Notes under the pieces: model-generated
What the model was told of the DNA's origin: nothing
Seen by the model: the letters and a program-made list of their open reading frames with translations, nothing else
Databases searched by the model: none
In this document: positions 32,378 to 42,586 of the stretch, one piece after another
Position numbering within the stretch: the stretch's first letter is position 1
Layout of the letters: every line of letters begins with the position of its first letter
Source: an uncultured Planctomycetota bacterium
Lineage (GTDB): Bacteria; Planctomycetota; Planctomycetia; Gemmatales; Gemmataceae
Reading direction: 5' to 3'
Assembly (NCBI GenBank): GCA_963849325.1
Contig: CAWKHF010000012.1
Span: forward strand, 1 to 64,000
Length of the DNA stretch: 64,000 nt
Made by a program: the position numbers and the translations under genes

Positions 32378-34548
32378 TCACCCGAGGGTTCGAACCTTGT
32401 CTACCTGCGTTCGATTCTCTTTCGGAAGAGTCTGGAAGGAGAGCAAGCGTATCGCTGTCCCGCCGCCGGAGGTGTCGCGCCGAAGACCCCGCTCTCCGCC
32501 GAGCGCGAACAGGGCCCTTTGCAGCAAACGACCGTGCGGTGAGTCGAACGCCTGCTCCGAGTCGCGGCGCAATTCCGACCGCGCCTTCTCCAGCGTCGGC
32601 TGACACAGCCAGGTGAAATCGACGCCATCCTGGTCGATGTCGGCCTTGACGGCGAGGACGACCACGTGCTCCAGGCCGAGCGTCCGATCGACCACCTTGG
32701 CCCTCGGGCTGGTGAAGACCTCGCCCGGCCCAATACGGTTGTCAATGCGATCGGAGCGCGGGAAGAAGGCGCTAATGCCGTGGCCGCTGTCGATGTACAG
32801 GATCGTCGCCCACACGGCGACCTGGCCCTGGTTACGGATGCGGACGGCGAACTGCTCGCCCGTCGTGAGCCGAAGCCCTTCGCCGGTCCACGGGACGCGC
32901 ACCGCGTTCTCGGCACGGGCAGGGAGGTCCGGGGGGAAGCGAACCAACTCGACCGTAAGCTGTAAGGTGTCGCCGCCCTCGTCCTGTAGCGCCGCAGCCA
33001 GGCGGAGGAGGTTCCGTGCGCGGGCGATCCGTGTCAGATGGTCGTCGAGCCATCCGGGCAACTCCCCGTCGATGGCTACCGGCCCGACAACGCGCGGTGT
33101 CGTCGCGTCGTCGCGACGAGACGGCCCCATTGGTATGAGCGTGACCTGGTTCGCCTCGCTGTGAATCACCCACTCGGCCCGATCGGGAGTCGTCAGCTCG
33201 ATCAGCTTTCCCTCCGTCTTTTTGCTTAACGGATCCACCGCGCGATGCACGGCGTCCGGTGCGTTGCTGTCGAGCACCACGGGCATTTGAAGCGAGCCAT
33301 ACGAGAGGTAGACCGGCTGGCAGCGCCCCTCGTCGGGCAGTGTACGGTCCTCGGCGAGCGTCCCGTAGGCGACAGGACGCACCTTCGCATCGAGCACGCG
33401 GGCGTCGATAACTTCGACATGGCCAACGACCCGATCTTCGCTTGCTCCGGCCGGTGGGCGAACTTCCAGGATGGTGCCGGGGTTGAAACCGTGCAGGGAG
33501 CCGGCGTTGAGGAAGTACCCGCCGCTGCGCTTGCGCAACACGAACCGGGAGCGACCCGGCCACTGGCGCTCGCCGAGGAATTCTCGGTCGCGGTCCTTGC
33601 CCTCCACCAGCGGCAGCGAGTAACAGGTGCGCGTCCGCACTCGGGCGTGGATACGCTGGACCACTTCCGTATAGGTCAACGGATGGACGCTCTGGGTCAG
33701 CACCTGCGCCAGCGCGTAGGTGAAGACGCCGTGCTTCTTCCGGCCGGGACTGTCCCGGTCGGGGGCCAGTCTTCGTAAGCGGACTCGGACGACTGGGCCG
33801 CGTACAGGGCGGCCAGGTCCGGCTCCTCGCCGGCCATCTTCCAGGGCCGATGGGACTCTTCGCCGCGCATTCGCGCTGCTCCTCGCGCCGCGCGCTCACG
33901 GGCCTGGACAATCGCCTCCGCCGGAATGAACTTTTCGATAGGGATTCCGCGGGGGAGGGCGTCCTCGTGGTCCCGTACAAGGGTGGCGGCATGGCAGGCA
34001 TCGACGAGGACTACGAGCGAGGCCCCACGAGCGCGGATGGCCTTCAGCCAGACAGCGATCTCCTTGTCGGTAATGGCGTTGACAACCTTCTTGCCCGCGC
34101 CGTCCCAGCCCTGGACGTCGGCCGGAAGGAAGATTTCATCGAGACCATCCGGTTCGGGATGTTCGGGATCGTCGGAGTCCGCGCAGGGCTGCTGACTGCC
34201 GTGGCCGGCCAGGAAGATGACCACCTTGTCGCCCGGCCCGGCGATACGAGCCAGCCCCCGGAACTCGCGTTCGATGTGGGCCCGCGTCGGCCGGTTCGCC
34301 TCGTCCTTGTCCCCCTCTTCCTCGCTCAGAATCTTGACGTTGTCGGGCGGGAACGCGAATTTCTCGCCCGTCAGCAGTTCGCGCATCAGTAGAGCATCAT
34401 TTCCACAGCCCTCCAGATGGAAGCGCGGTCCCAGCTCGGGGTAGCGCGTGCAGCCGATCAGCAGGGCGCGGCGGACCCCCGCGCCGACGACGCGCGGCGG
34501 GAGCGACGCCAGCATCAGTACGCTCAGGAGCAACACTACTCGGCGCAT
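32378..34548 (-). CDS. Caspase-family (peptidase C14) protein with a signal peptide and C-terminal DUF4384-like domain; frame break near 33750
   Basis: RRALLIGCTRY, FLAGHGSQ (His codon 34201-34203), LVDACH (Cys codon 33994-33996), HGVFTYAL. C-terminal GEQFAVRIRN...ILYIDSGHGISAFFP. Confidence 0.88.
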
Positions 34549-34701
34549 GGCTCCTCCCTCTCTGGAAAGGGACGAACTCTTGTCAGCGGGAATTGCACGT
34601 CGTTAACGCGGTCGCTCGATCCAGTCTACAATAGGTTTCCTCTTAACCAACCCCAAATAGTCCGAGGAGAATGGTTTCCTGTCCCTCGGGAGGAACGGTG
34701 C

Positions 34702-34929
34702 ATGAACTCCCGATCCGCCCTGCTCGGCTTGGTGCGACTGTTCGGCATCGTTTCGTGCGGCCGGAAGGCGGCGGGTCGTTGGGGGTGTGGAAACGGCGGG
34801 ACAGGAGCACGTTGTCTTGATCGATGTTCGGGTGAAGTCGGAAGAGCAGCCGATGGATTTCCGCTGTCTGGGGCAGCCCAGCATCGCCAGGGAGCGCGCG
34901 GCGGACAGGAGCAAGCGTTCCGCGCTTGA
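34702..34929 (+). CDS. Possible small lipoprotein
   Basis: GGAGGA SD and MNSRSALLGLVRLFGIVSC with a lipobox-like IVSC. The rest is not recognisable. Confidence 0.25.
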   Translation: MNSRSALLGLVRLFGIVSCGRKAAGRWGCGNGGTGARCLDRCSGEVGRAADGFPLSGAAQHRQGARGGQEQAFRA

Positions 34930-34986
34930 CTCCCCGTTGGGGCAGTTGCTCCAGCACGCGCTCTACACCGCGAAGGGAAAGTGTTG

Positions 34987-37139
34987 ATGAATCGCTTGCT
35001 GATCCGTGGCCTGCTCTCGTGCGTTACCCTCCCGGGTGCGGCGCTGGGACTGACCGCCGAAACGCCGGACCTGGCCCGCCAGGAACCGAACACCTGGGTC
35101 AAACGCAGCCCCCTGGCCGACACGCCGCCGTCGCCGCGGCTGGGCTACGAGTCTTCGCTGGGCTACGACCCGAAGGCAAAGGTCTTGATCCGCTGGGGAG
35201 GGCACAACCAGGGCGGCGGCGGCGAGCAGAACGCCGAGACCTGGACCTTCGACCCGCTCACCGCCCGCTGGACTTTGAAGGAGACCAACGATGCGCCGCC
35301 CGGCGTCTGTTGCGCCAGCAGAACGTCTTTGATCGGTCGCGCAACCGCTTCGTGCGCTTCCCCGCCTTCAGCGGCAGTCACGGTTGGCAGTGGTTCCGCG
35401 AGATCTACCTGAAGAATTCGTCGGTCTGGTCCTACGACCTCGCCTCCAGCACCTGGCGCGATCTGCGGCCGCTGCCCGAGCCGCAGCTCCGTCCCCTGCG
35501 CTGCGCCGACTGGGACAGCGACCACGAGGTCATGGTCGTTTTCGGCGGCGAGGGCAGCCAGGAGGGAACGCTGGTGTACGATCCCTACGCGAACACCTGG
35601 ACGAAACGGCAGGCGCCCGATCCGCCGCCCTTCCGCAGCGGCGGCAACCTGGCCTACGACGCCGCCCACCAGATGCACGTCCTCTTCGGCTCGCAGTTCA
35701 ACAACGACCGGCACACCTGGGGCTACGACCTCGTGAGCAATCGCTGGCGCGATCTGAAACCGGCAATGCAGCCGCCCACGGATCGCAACGACGCCGTACT
35801 CGCCTACGATCGAGTCAACGGCGTCGTGCTCGCGGTCGTCAAGGTGACGGAGGGCGAGGGCGAGAAGGCCCGGCATCGCCTGGAAACATGGGTCTACGAT
35901 GCCGGCCGCAACCGCTGGACCAAGATGGACCCGCCGCGCGAGCCGGACGCCAGCGGCAACCGAGCGCGTCTGATGACCTTCCTCCCCGACCGCAACCTCG
36001 CCGTCCTGGAGACGCGCACGCATCCGCCGCAAGGCCCGGCCGAACAACAAATCTGGACGTACCGCTTCGCCCAGCCCAAACGAGACACCAACGCTCCTCC
36101 CGCGCCGCCGAGCGATCTCCGTCTCACCACGGACAAGGACGGCGCCGAGCTGAGCTGGAAAGCCAGTCCCTCGGCGAACGTCGCGCGGTACGTCGTTTAC
36201 CGCGGAGAGGGGACCGCTCCGTGGGAGGTGACTTACCGCGAGGTCGGCCGCGTCGGCGCGAAGGAGCGGTCGTTCCACGACACCGGCCTGCGGACGGGGC
36301 AGGTCTCCTTCTACACGGTTCGATCCGCCGACGCCGAGGGCCGGCTCGGGCCGCAAAGTGCCAGGGTCCGCACCCAGCCGCGCGTCGTCGAGGAGGCCGT
36401 CGTCTCCGTCCTGTCCGCCCGCGAGGTCGAGCTGACGTGGACGCCTCCGGGCGGCGAGGATGTCGTCGGCTATCACGTCGAGCGGGCGGCGGTGGAGGTC
36501 TGGTCGGAAGACCAACTTCCGCGCCTGAAGAAACGGATGACGCCGGCCGCCGAGCCGGCGGTCGGATCGCTCCGCCGCATCGGAGCCTTCCGGCGCATCA
36601 GTACCGAATTGGTCAAGGAGCCGCGTTTCCGGGACGAGGTTGACCTGGGTAAGCCGCAGGCGATCGAGGGCGAGCCGCTGTGGCAGCGTCGCTTCGCCGC
36701 CGAGCAACTCGACGTCAAGGGCAAGCCCTACCCTCGGGCCGTGTTCGCCTATCGTCTGCGGGCCGTCAATCGGCTGGGCGTGGAGAGCGGACCATCGCCC
36801 TACTTCCTGACCCTCCCGTCCGCCCCGCAGTGGTTGTTCTCGCGCGAACGGGGAACACAATGTCAGCTGAAGTGGGCGCGCAACCCCGAGAAGGGGTTGA
36901 AGGGCTACCGCGTCTACCGGCTCGATGGCCGCTTCGACGCCCAGCCGGTGTCGCGGCTCACGCCGGAGCTGATCGCGGATCGGACCTTCATCGACGAGGC
37001 GGCGGGCAAGACCGCTCGTCGCTATCACGTCGTCGCCGTGGACGCGCTGGGCCAGGAAGGACTGCCCTCGGCCCCGGTCTGGTTCGAGCGCGAGTGGAAG
37101 TCGTTCTACCGGCCTTTCGTCGGCGAGTGGCACCAGTAG
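34987..37139 (+). CDS. Secreted Kelch-like beta-propeller plus fibronectin type III protein; frame break near 35315
   Basis: Signal peptide, repeated FGG...W-x-YD...N-x-W motifs, and FN3 motifs (LSWKAS...YVVYR, YRLRAVN, YHVVAVD). Confidence 0.8.
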
Positions 37140-37238
37140 CCTGTCCGCGAGACAGGCGAGACCCAGAAAGAACACAGGGAAGCGGCCGGCAGACCGTTGG
37201 CCTCCGGTCACTCCCCTGTGGATAGGCGTGGGAGCCGG

Positions 37239-37665
37239 TCAGAACGGCTGGCCCGCGGGCATCCGCTGGAACACGGAGCTACTTGTGGTCGAGGGGATCG
37301 GTTGGGGCTGGAACATCGAAGGACTCGTGGCGCCCGAGGAGAGATTGGGGCTGGTCATGGTCGCGCCCGGGGTGAGGGCGGGGCTGATCGTCTCCTGCCC
37401 GCTCATGCCGGGGTGATACTTGGCGAAGGAGTCCTGCGGGACCACGTCTGATCCCTGCGACTTGCGGTTAAAGAGACCGCGGAGACGGGGGAAGAGTCGC
37501 GGGCGACTCTCCTCGCCGGCGCGGCGTATTCCGGCGTCGCGTAGCGGGAGGCGGTCACGGACCCGTAGCCGGAGGAGGACACCGGGTAGGAACGGGTATC
37601 GATGACCGGCATGGGGTCGGCGCCGGGGCGCAGGTCGTCATCAGGAGCAAAGCCAGCGTGTTCAT
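37239..37665 (-). CDS. Small secreted low-complexity protein, with frame breaks
   Basis: AAGGA SD and MNTLALLLMTT signal-like start. ORFs 37555, 37403 and 37239 appear to be consecutive pieces. Confidence 0.45.
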
Positions 37666-38011
37666 GGGTCGTTCATCCTTGAGAGAAACAGTTGTCCCGG
37701 AACGGAAACCGGAGCGGAGGCCGACCCGGCAGACCGTCCCATCATCCTGCATGTCCCGTGGGGAGGAAGTTCATCCGAACGAGCCTCCGTCGCTTGGGGG
37801 CGGGACTTGGATTTACCCATCGACCAAATCCACTGCCTCGCATCAGGCGGCGTCTCTTGCGGAAGAGGGTTGCTGCACGCAACGGTCGGGACCGGCGAGT
37901 AAAGCTTGTTTTACCGATTATGCCGGCGCGTCCGTTTCGCCAGGAGAGCAGAGGAGGAGCGGACAGCGGAAGCGTCGGGAGCGGCTGGGACAAAAAAGTT
38001 CAACCAGACCC

Positions 38012-38041
38012 TTGACAGCAGCATCCGACCGGAGGTAGAAG
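38012..38041 (+). promoter_or_regulatory. Candidate sigma-70 promoter
   Basis: TTGACA-N18-TAGAAG. Confidence 0.5.
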
Positions 38042-38047
38042 AAGGGT

Positions 38048-38312
38048 AGAGTCATTCGGACATGGAACAAGGCCACGAACCAAGGAGGCGAGCCATCGAA
38101 ACTCCACCGACGAGAGAATACCGGAACTCGTAGGCTCTTGGATTTCGGCTTCTACGGTGTTGGATGGACAAGATCTCCACGGCGTTACGGCCGTGGCCGC
38201 ATTGAAGAGTAACGACCGATCCGATGGCCGCGGCGAGTTCCGGTCGGTCCTCCGAGACAGCAGCCCGCAGCCCCGAACGCAACTCGTCCGGCGCTGCGGG
38301 CTGTTGTTGTTC
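38048..38312 (+). ncRNA. Candidate structured RNA or leader, family not recognised
   Basis: Lies between the promoter and a terminator-like hairpin (38257-38307 followed by a T-rich run) and contains several complementary segments. Confidence 0.3.
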
Positions 38313-38354
38313 CCTCTCCGGTCCCAGCGCGTTTGATGGGACAAAGGCAGCGCG

Positions 38355-38882
38355 ATGGAAACGAGAGTGCCGGTTGTGCTGATCGTGCTGGTGGAGGCGG
38401 CGCGGCTGCGCTGGTCGGTCGCGGCCGTCCGCATGGACGGGGCCATTGCTCCGTTGCTGCGTTCGGAAGAGGGCGACCTGGCCACCTACCAGGGACTCGA
38501 CTTCGATGATCAAGTGTCCTTTCTGCGGCACCGATTCTGTGGCGTCGTCCAGCGCGGATGCGACCGCCTCTGGCCGGTGGGACAGAAAGCGTGCCAGTTC
38601 GTCTTTCTGTTTGACGAACTCCTCCCCGGTGCGGCGGCGGAGCTGACCCAGCGCGTGGCGGAACATTTCGCCGAATGGATGCTGAGTCCCCCGGTAGTCG
38701 TCTACGTCCGCGAGGGTGGCTTCACCGACGCCGGGCTGCGCCGGCTGGCCGGCACGATCGATCGGCCGATCGAGGACGCCCTGCGCGCCGGACTCGCCCC
38801 GTTGTCTACCGCGATGGCCGACTCGGCCGCCTGGGAAGTGTCGCACCGCAAAGGAACGTGGCAACCCCCATCGAATGGATGA
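38355..38882 (+). CDS. Hypothetical protein
   Basis: 175-aa ORF with typical codon usage; no family recognised. Confidence 0.65.
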   Translation: METRVPVVLIVLVEAARLRWSVAAVRMDGAIAPLLRSEEGDLATYQGLDFDDQVSFLRHRFCGVVQRGCDRLWPVGQKACQFVFLFDELLPGAAAELTQRVAEHFAEWMLSPPVVVYVREGGFTDAGLRRLAGTIDRPIEDALRAGLAPLSTAMADSAAWEVSHRKGTWQPPSNG

Positions 38883-38891
38883 TTGAGGGAT

Positions 38892-38956
38892 GGCGAACGG
38901 CCGGCGTAAGCCGGCTGGTAGGGCCCAAACCAGCCGGCTTACGCCGGCCGTTCGCC
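38892..38956. repeat. REP-like palindrome (GGCGAACGGCCGGCGTAAGCCGGCTGGT and its inverse) between convergent genes
   Basis: Perfect 28-bp inverted repeat containing the TAA stop of the response regulator. Confidence 0.88.
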
Positions 38957-39448
38957 CAGTGTACGGTCCAGGCGAGCGAGCAGCGTCTCCCTGGTTCCTT
39001 GTCCGCTGCTGTGTCCCTCCGGCTGTGCCAGGTAGTCGCGCACGTCGGCGAGCAATCGACGCCGCTCCGCGAGCGATTCGTACTGTTCCGAGGCCTGACG
39101 CAAGACGGCGAGCAGTTCGTCGGGATCCCACGGCTTGGTCAGATAGCGGTAAATCTCGACGCGGTTGATGGCATCGACCACCGCCTTGAGGTCGGCATAG
39201 CCGGTGAAGACAATGCGGATGGCCTCGGGACATTCCTGCCGTGCTTGGCCGAGCAGTTCGACGCCGGTCATCCCCGGCATACGCTGGTCGGTCATGATGA
39301 CGTGGACGGGATGCCGCCGCAGCAGGTCGAGCGCGTCCGCTCCGCTCGGGGCGACGTGGACCTCGAAGTCGCGGCGGAGCAGCGCTTGCAGCGAGAACAG
39401 GATGTCCGCCTCGTCGTCCACTACCAGAATCGGATGCTTGCGGTCCAT
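38939..39448 (-). CDS. Response regulator (receiver domain plus coiled coil)
   Basis: ILVVDDE, IMTDQRMPGMTG, VFTGY, YLTKPW. GGAGG SD before MDRKH. Confidence 0.92.
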   Translation of the reverse strand: MDRKHPILVVDDEADILFSLQALLRRDFEVHVAPSGADALDLLRRHPVHVIMTDQRMPGMTGVELLGQARQECPEAIRIVFTGYADLKAVVDAINRVEIYRYLTKPWDPDELLAVLRQASEQYESLAERRRLLADVRDYLAQPEGHSSGQGTRETLLARLDRTLGERPA

Positions 39449-39524
39449 CGGACCCTCCCCGCTCATCCCCCTGCGATGAGGCCGCTTCGAGCTTCTGTCC
39501 GACCGAGTTTATTCTATGGAGTGC

Positions 39525-39600
39525 CCAATGCCTCCGAGCCGGAAGCGTAAGCGAAGAACGGCAATCTTCTTCGCTTACGCTTCCGGCTCGGAGGCATTGG
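39525..39600. repeat. REP-like palindrome, family A
   Basis: 34-bp perfect inverted repeat with core GAGCCGGAAGCGTAAGCGAAG. Confidence 0.9.
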
Positions 39601-39724
39601 ATATTCGCATCGACGCTTCGCGGAATCTCCTTTGTCTCTCGCGCCCGGGACGGTAGGATGAGGATATGGATCTCGCTTGCCTTCCGTCCGAGACGAATGC
39701 GGCTTCACCCCCACGACCCTGCCG

Positions 39725-41980
39725 ATGAAACCTCACGCTCTGCTCTCCATCTTGGGCCTTGCCGTTTTCACTGCTGTCCCCGGCGCTGCGGAGGTGCCCG
39801 CGCCTCGTCCGGTGGATTTCACCCGAGAGATCCAGCCGATCCTGACTCGCTCCTGCCTGTCCTGCCACGGCAGCCGCAAGCAGCGGGGCGGACTGCGCCT
39901 GGATCAGGCCCGCGCCGCCCGGCGCGGCGGCGACAGCGGTCCCGTTCTCAAACCCGGCGACGCCGGCCATAGCCGTCTGATGTCGCTGGTGTCCGGACTC
40001 GACCCCGAATTGAAGATGCCGCCCGCCGGCAAACCGCCGTTGACGGCGGCGGAAATGGGCCTGCTCCGTGCCTGGATCGATCAGGGGGCGAAATGGTCCA
40101 GTACGGAGACGGCCCTCGCCGAGCCGGAGAAATCGAGCCACTGGGCCTTTCAGCCGATCCAACGTCCACCTCTGCCTCCGGTGAAGGACCGCGCCTGGCC
40201 TCGTAACGACCTCGACGTGTTCGTGCTGGCCCGGCTGGAGAAGGAGCATCTCACTCCCGCTCCCGAGGCCGATCGTCCGACCCTGTTGCGCCGGCTCAGC
40301 CTCGATCTGCTGGGCCTGCCGCCGTCGCCGCAAGAGATCGACGCCTTCGAGCGCGACCCGAGTCCCGATGCCTACGAGAAGGTCGTCGAGCGCTTGCTGG
40401 CCAGTCCGCACTACGGCGAACGCTGGGGCCGACACTGGCTCGACCTGGCCCGCTACGCCGACAGCGACGGCTACGAGAAGGACACCGGCCGACCCTGGGC
40501 CTGGCGCTATCGCCAGTGGGTTCTCGACGCGCTCAACCGCGACCTGCCCTACGACCGTTTCGTGATCGAGCAGTTGGCCGGCGACCTGTTGCCTGGCGCC
40601 ACGATCGAGCAGAAAGTGGCGACCGGCTTCCATCGCAACACACTCACCAACAAGGAAGGCGGCGTCGATCGCGAGCAGTTCCGCGTCGAGCAGGTGGTCG
40701 ATCGCGTCAACACGACGTCTCGCGCCTTCCTTGGCCTGACCCTCGGCTGCGCCCAGTGTCACGATCACAAGTACGACCCGCTGTCGCAGCGCGAGTATTA
40801 CCGCTTCTTCGCCTTCTTCAACAGCGACGTGGAGTCCGACATTTCCGCCCCGTTGCCCAGAGAGGAGGTCGCGGCCGGCGACGGCAAGGCGAAGACGAAG
40901 ACAATGGCGCAGACCTTGGCCCTCGGTTCACTGCGTCGGACGCACGTCCTGATTCGCGGCGATTTCTTGCGTCCGGGAGTGGAAGTCCGTCCCGGCACGC
41001 CGGCGGTCTTGCCGCCGCTGCGGCCCGACGACGGACGCACGCCGGCGCCCAATCGACTCGACCTGGCGCACTGGATCGTCCACCCGGACAATCCGCTGAC
41101 GGCCCGCGTACTGGTCAACTGGGTCTGGCACAAGTATTTTGGCCGAGGCATCGTACCGACCCTGGAAGACTTCGGCACGCAGGGCGAGCGCCCCTCGCAT
41201 CCCGAGCTTCTCGACCATCTGGCCGGCGAGTTCCTGCGCCGCGGCTGGAGCCTCAAGGCGCTGCATCGCTCCATCGTCCGGTCGGCGACGTATCGGCAAT
41301 CGTCGCGGGTGACGGCCGATCTCCTGCGGCGCGATCCGCTCAACGTCCTGCTGGCTCGGCAGGTCCGGCTGCGGCTGGAAGCGGAGACGGTGCGCGACGT
41401 GACCCTGGCCGCGAGCGGCCTGCTGACGCGCCGCCTCGGTGGGCCAAGCGTGCGGCCGCCGCAACCTCCCGGCATCTCCGAGTTGACCTACGCCGGCAGT
41501 GCCCGCTGGGTCGAGAGCAAGGGGTCCGACCGCTATCGCCGTGGACTGTACGTCTGGTTCCAGCGGACCAGCCCGTATCCCATGCTGATGACGTTCGACG
41601 CCCCCGACTCGAACGTCTGCTGCGTCCGCCGCGAGCGCTCCAACACACCGTTGCAGGCGCTGACGCTGCTCAACGATACCGTCTTCGTCGAGTGCGCCCG
41701 AGCGCTGGGGCGAAGGATCGCGGCGCAACCCGGCGATACGGCGAAGCGCATCCGCCAGGCGTTTCGGCTATGCCTGACGCGGGAGCCGACGGCGAGCGAG
41801 CAGGCACGGCTGGTGCGGCTGTTTGAGGAGCTGAGGACGTTATGCCGGGACAACCCCAAGGAGGCGGCTCGCCTGCTGGGCGGTGAGGGGACGGCCCTGC
41901 TTGATGCGAGCGAAACGGCGGCGTGGGTGGCGCTGGCGCGGACCTTGCTGAACCTGGACGAGTTCGTGACGAGGGAGTAA
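39725..41980 (+). CDS. Planctomycete cytochrome c / DUF1549 / DUF1553 (PSCyt/PSD1) protein
   Basis: VDFTREIQPIL...CLSCH, HWAF, SPHYGERWGRHWLDLARYADS, CAQCHDHKYDP, NPLTARV, NTPLQAL. Confidence 0.93.
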   Translation: MKPHALLSILGLAVFTAVPGAAEVPAPRPVDFTREIQPILTRSCLSCHGSRKQRGGLRLDQARAARRGGDSGPVLKPGDAGHSRLMSLVSGLDPELKMPPAGKPPLTAAEMGLLRAWIDQGAKWSSTETALAEPEKSSHWAFQPIQRPPLPPVKDRAWPRNDLDVFVLARLEKEHLTPAPEADRPTLLRRLSLDLLGLPPSPQEIDAFERDPSPDAYEKVVERLLASPHYGERWGRHWLDLARYADSDGYEKDTGRPWAWRYRQWVLDALNRDLPYDRFVIEQLAGDLLPGATIEQKVATGFHRNTLTNKEGGVDREQFRVEQVVDRVNTTSRAFLGLTLGCAQCHDHKYDPLSQREYYRFFAFFNSDVESDISAPLPREEVAAGDGKAKTKTMAQTLALGSLRRTHVLIRGDFLRPGVEVRPGTPAVLPPLRPDDGRTPAPNRLDLAHWIVHPDNPLTARVLVNWVWHKYFGRGIVPTLEDFGTQGERPSHPELLDHLAGEFLRRGWSLKALHRSIVRSATYRQSSRVTADLLRRDPLNVLLARQVRLRLEAETVRDVTLAASGLLTRRLGGPSVRPPQPPGISELTYAGSARWVESKGSDRYRRGLYVWFQRTSPYPMLMTFDAPDSNVCCVRRERSNTPLQALTLLNDTVFVECARALGRRIAAQPGDTAKRIRQAFRLCLTREPTASEQARLVRLFEELRTLCRDNPKEAARLLGGEGTALLDASETAAWVALARTLLNLDEFVTRE

Positions 41981-41984
41981 CAAC

Positions 41985-42188
41985 ATGGCCGACAATGACT
42001 GGACCGAAATCGAAGAACGTTTTGAGCGCTTATCGTTCGAGGCCAAGCTGCGCGTCCTGGAGCGGTTAGTTCGCCGGCTGCGTCAAGGTTTCTTTGATTC
42101 GACGGCGTTTGAACGAAGTATGAGCGAGATGGCCGCGGATCCCGCCATGCAGCAAGAACTGGGTGGGGCACCTCGCCCCCAGCCTTGA
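41985..42188 (+). CDS. Small protein, putative antitoxin
   Basis: 67 aa, GGGAG SD, directly upstream of a PemK/MazF gene. Confidence 0.65.
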   Translation: MADNDWTEIEERFERLSFEAKLRVLERLVRRLRQGFFDSTAFERSMSEMAADPAMQQELGGAPRPQP

Positions 42189-42211
42189 CGGGTTCCGTAG
42201 GGAGTCGGCGA

Positions 42212-42553
42212 ATGCGTCGAGGAGAGATTTACTTCGTGGACTTGAGTCCCGTTATCGGCCGAGAGCAAGCAGGCCGGCGTCCGGTGCTGATTCTGTCGAT
42301 CGATGCCATCAACCGAGTGCCGCTGGTCGTCACGGTGGTGCCCGGTACGGATGGCGCGAACATCCCCCGCGATTATCCGACCAATGTTCGCATTCCGGCG
42401 GCGGAGAGTGGTTTGCCTATGGAAACGATCTTTCTGTGCTTCCAGCTTCGTTCTCTCGATCACAGCCGTTTTCCTGCCCGGGCAGCGGGCCGACTCCCTC
42501 TTCTCCGACTACAAGAGATCGAAGATGTTGTTCGCTACTGCCTGGGACTGTGA
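42212..42553 (+). CDS. Type II toxin, PemK/MazF family endoribonuclease
   Basis: MRRGEIYFVDLSPVIGREQAGRRPVLILS...QLRSLDHSRF. Confidence 0.92.
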   Translation: MRRGEIYFVDLSPVIGREQAGRRPVLILSIDAINRVPLVVTVVPGTDGANIPRDYPTNVRIPAAESGLPMETIFLCFQLRSLDHSRFPARAAGRLPLLRLQEIEDVVRYCLGL

Positions 42554-42586
42554 GGAGATGTTTGTGAACATTCCCAAGAGGAAGCC

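Noticed and set aside
38080-38140. Glycine or c-di-AMP riboswitch
   Set aside because: Only short partial resemblances (CACCGA, CTCGTAGGC); the full consensus elements are missing.
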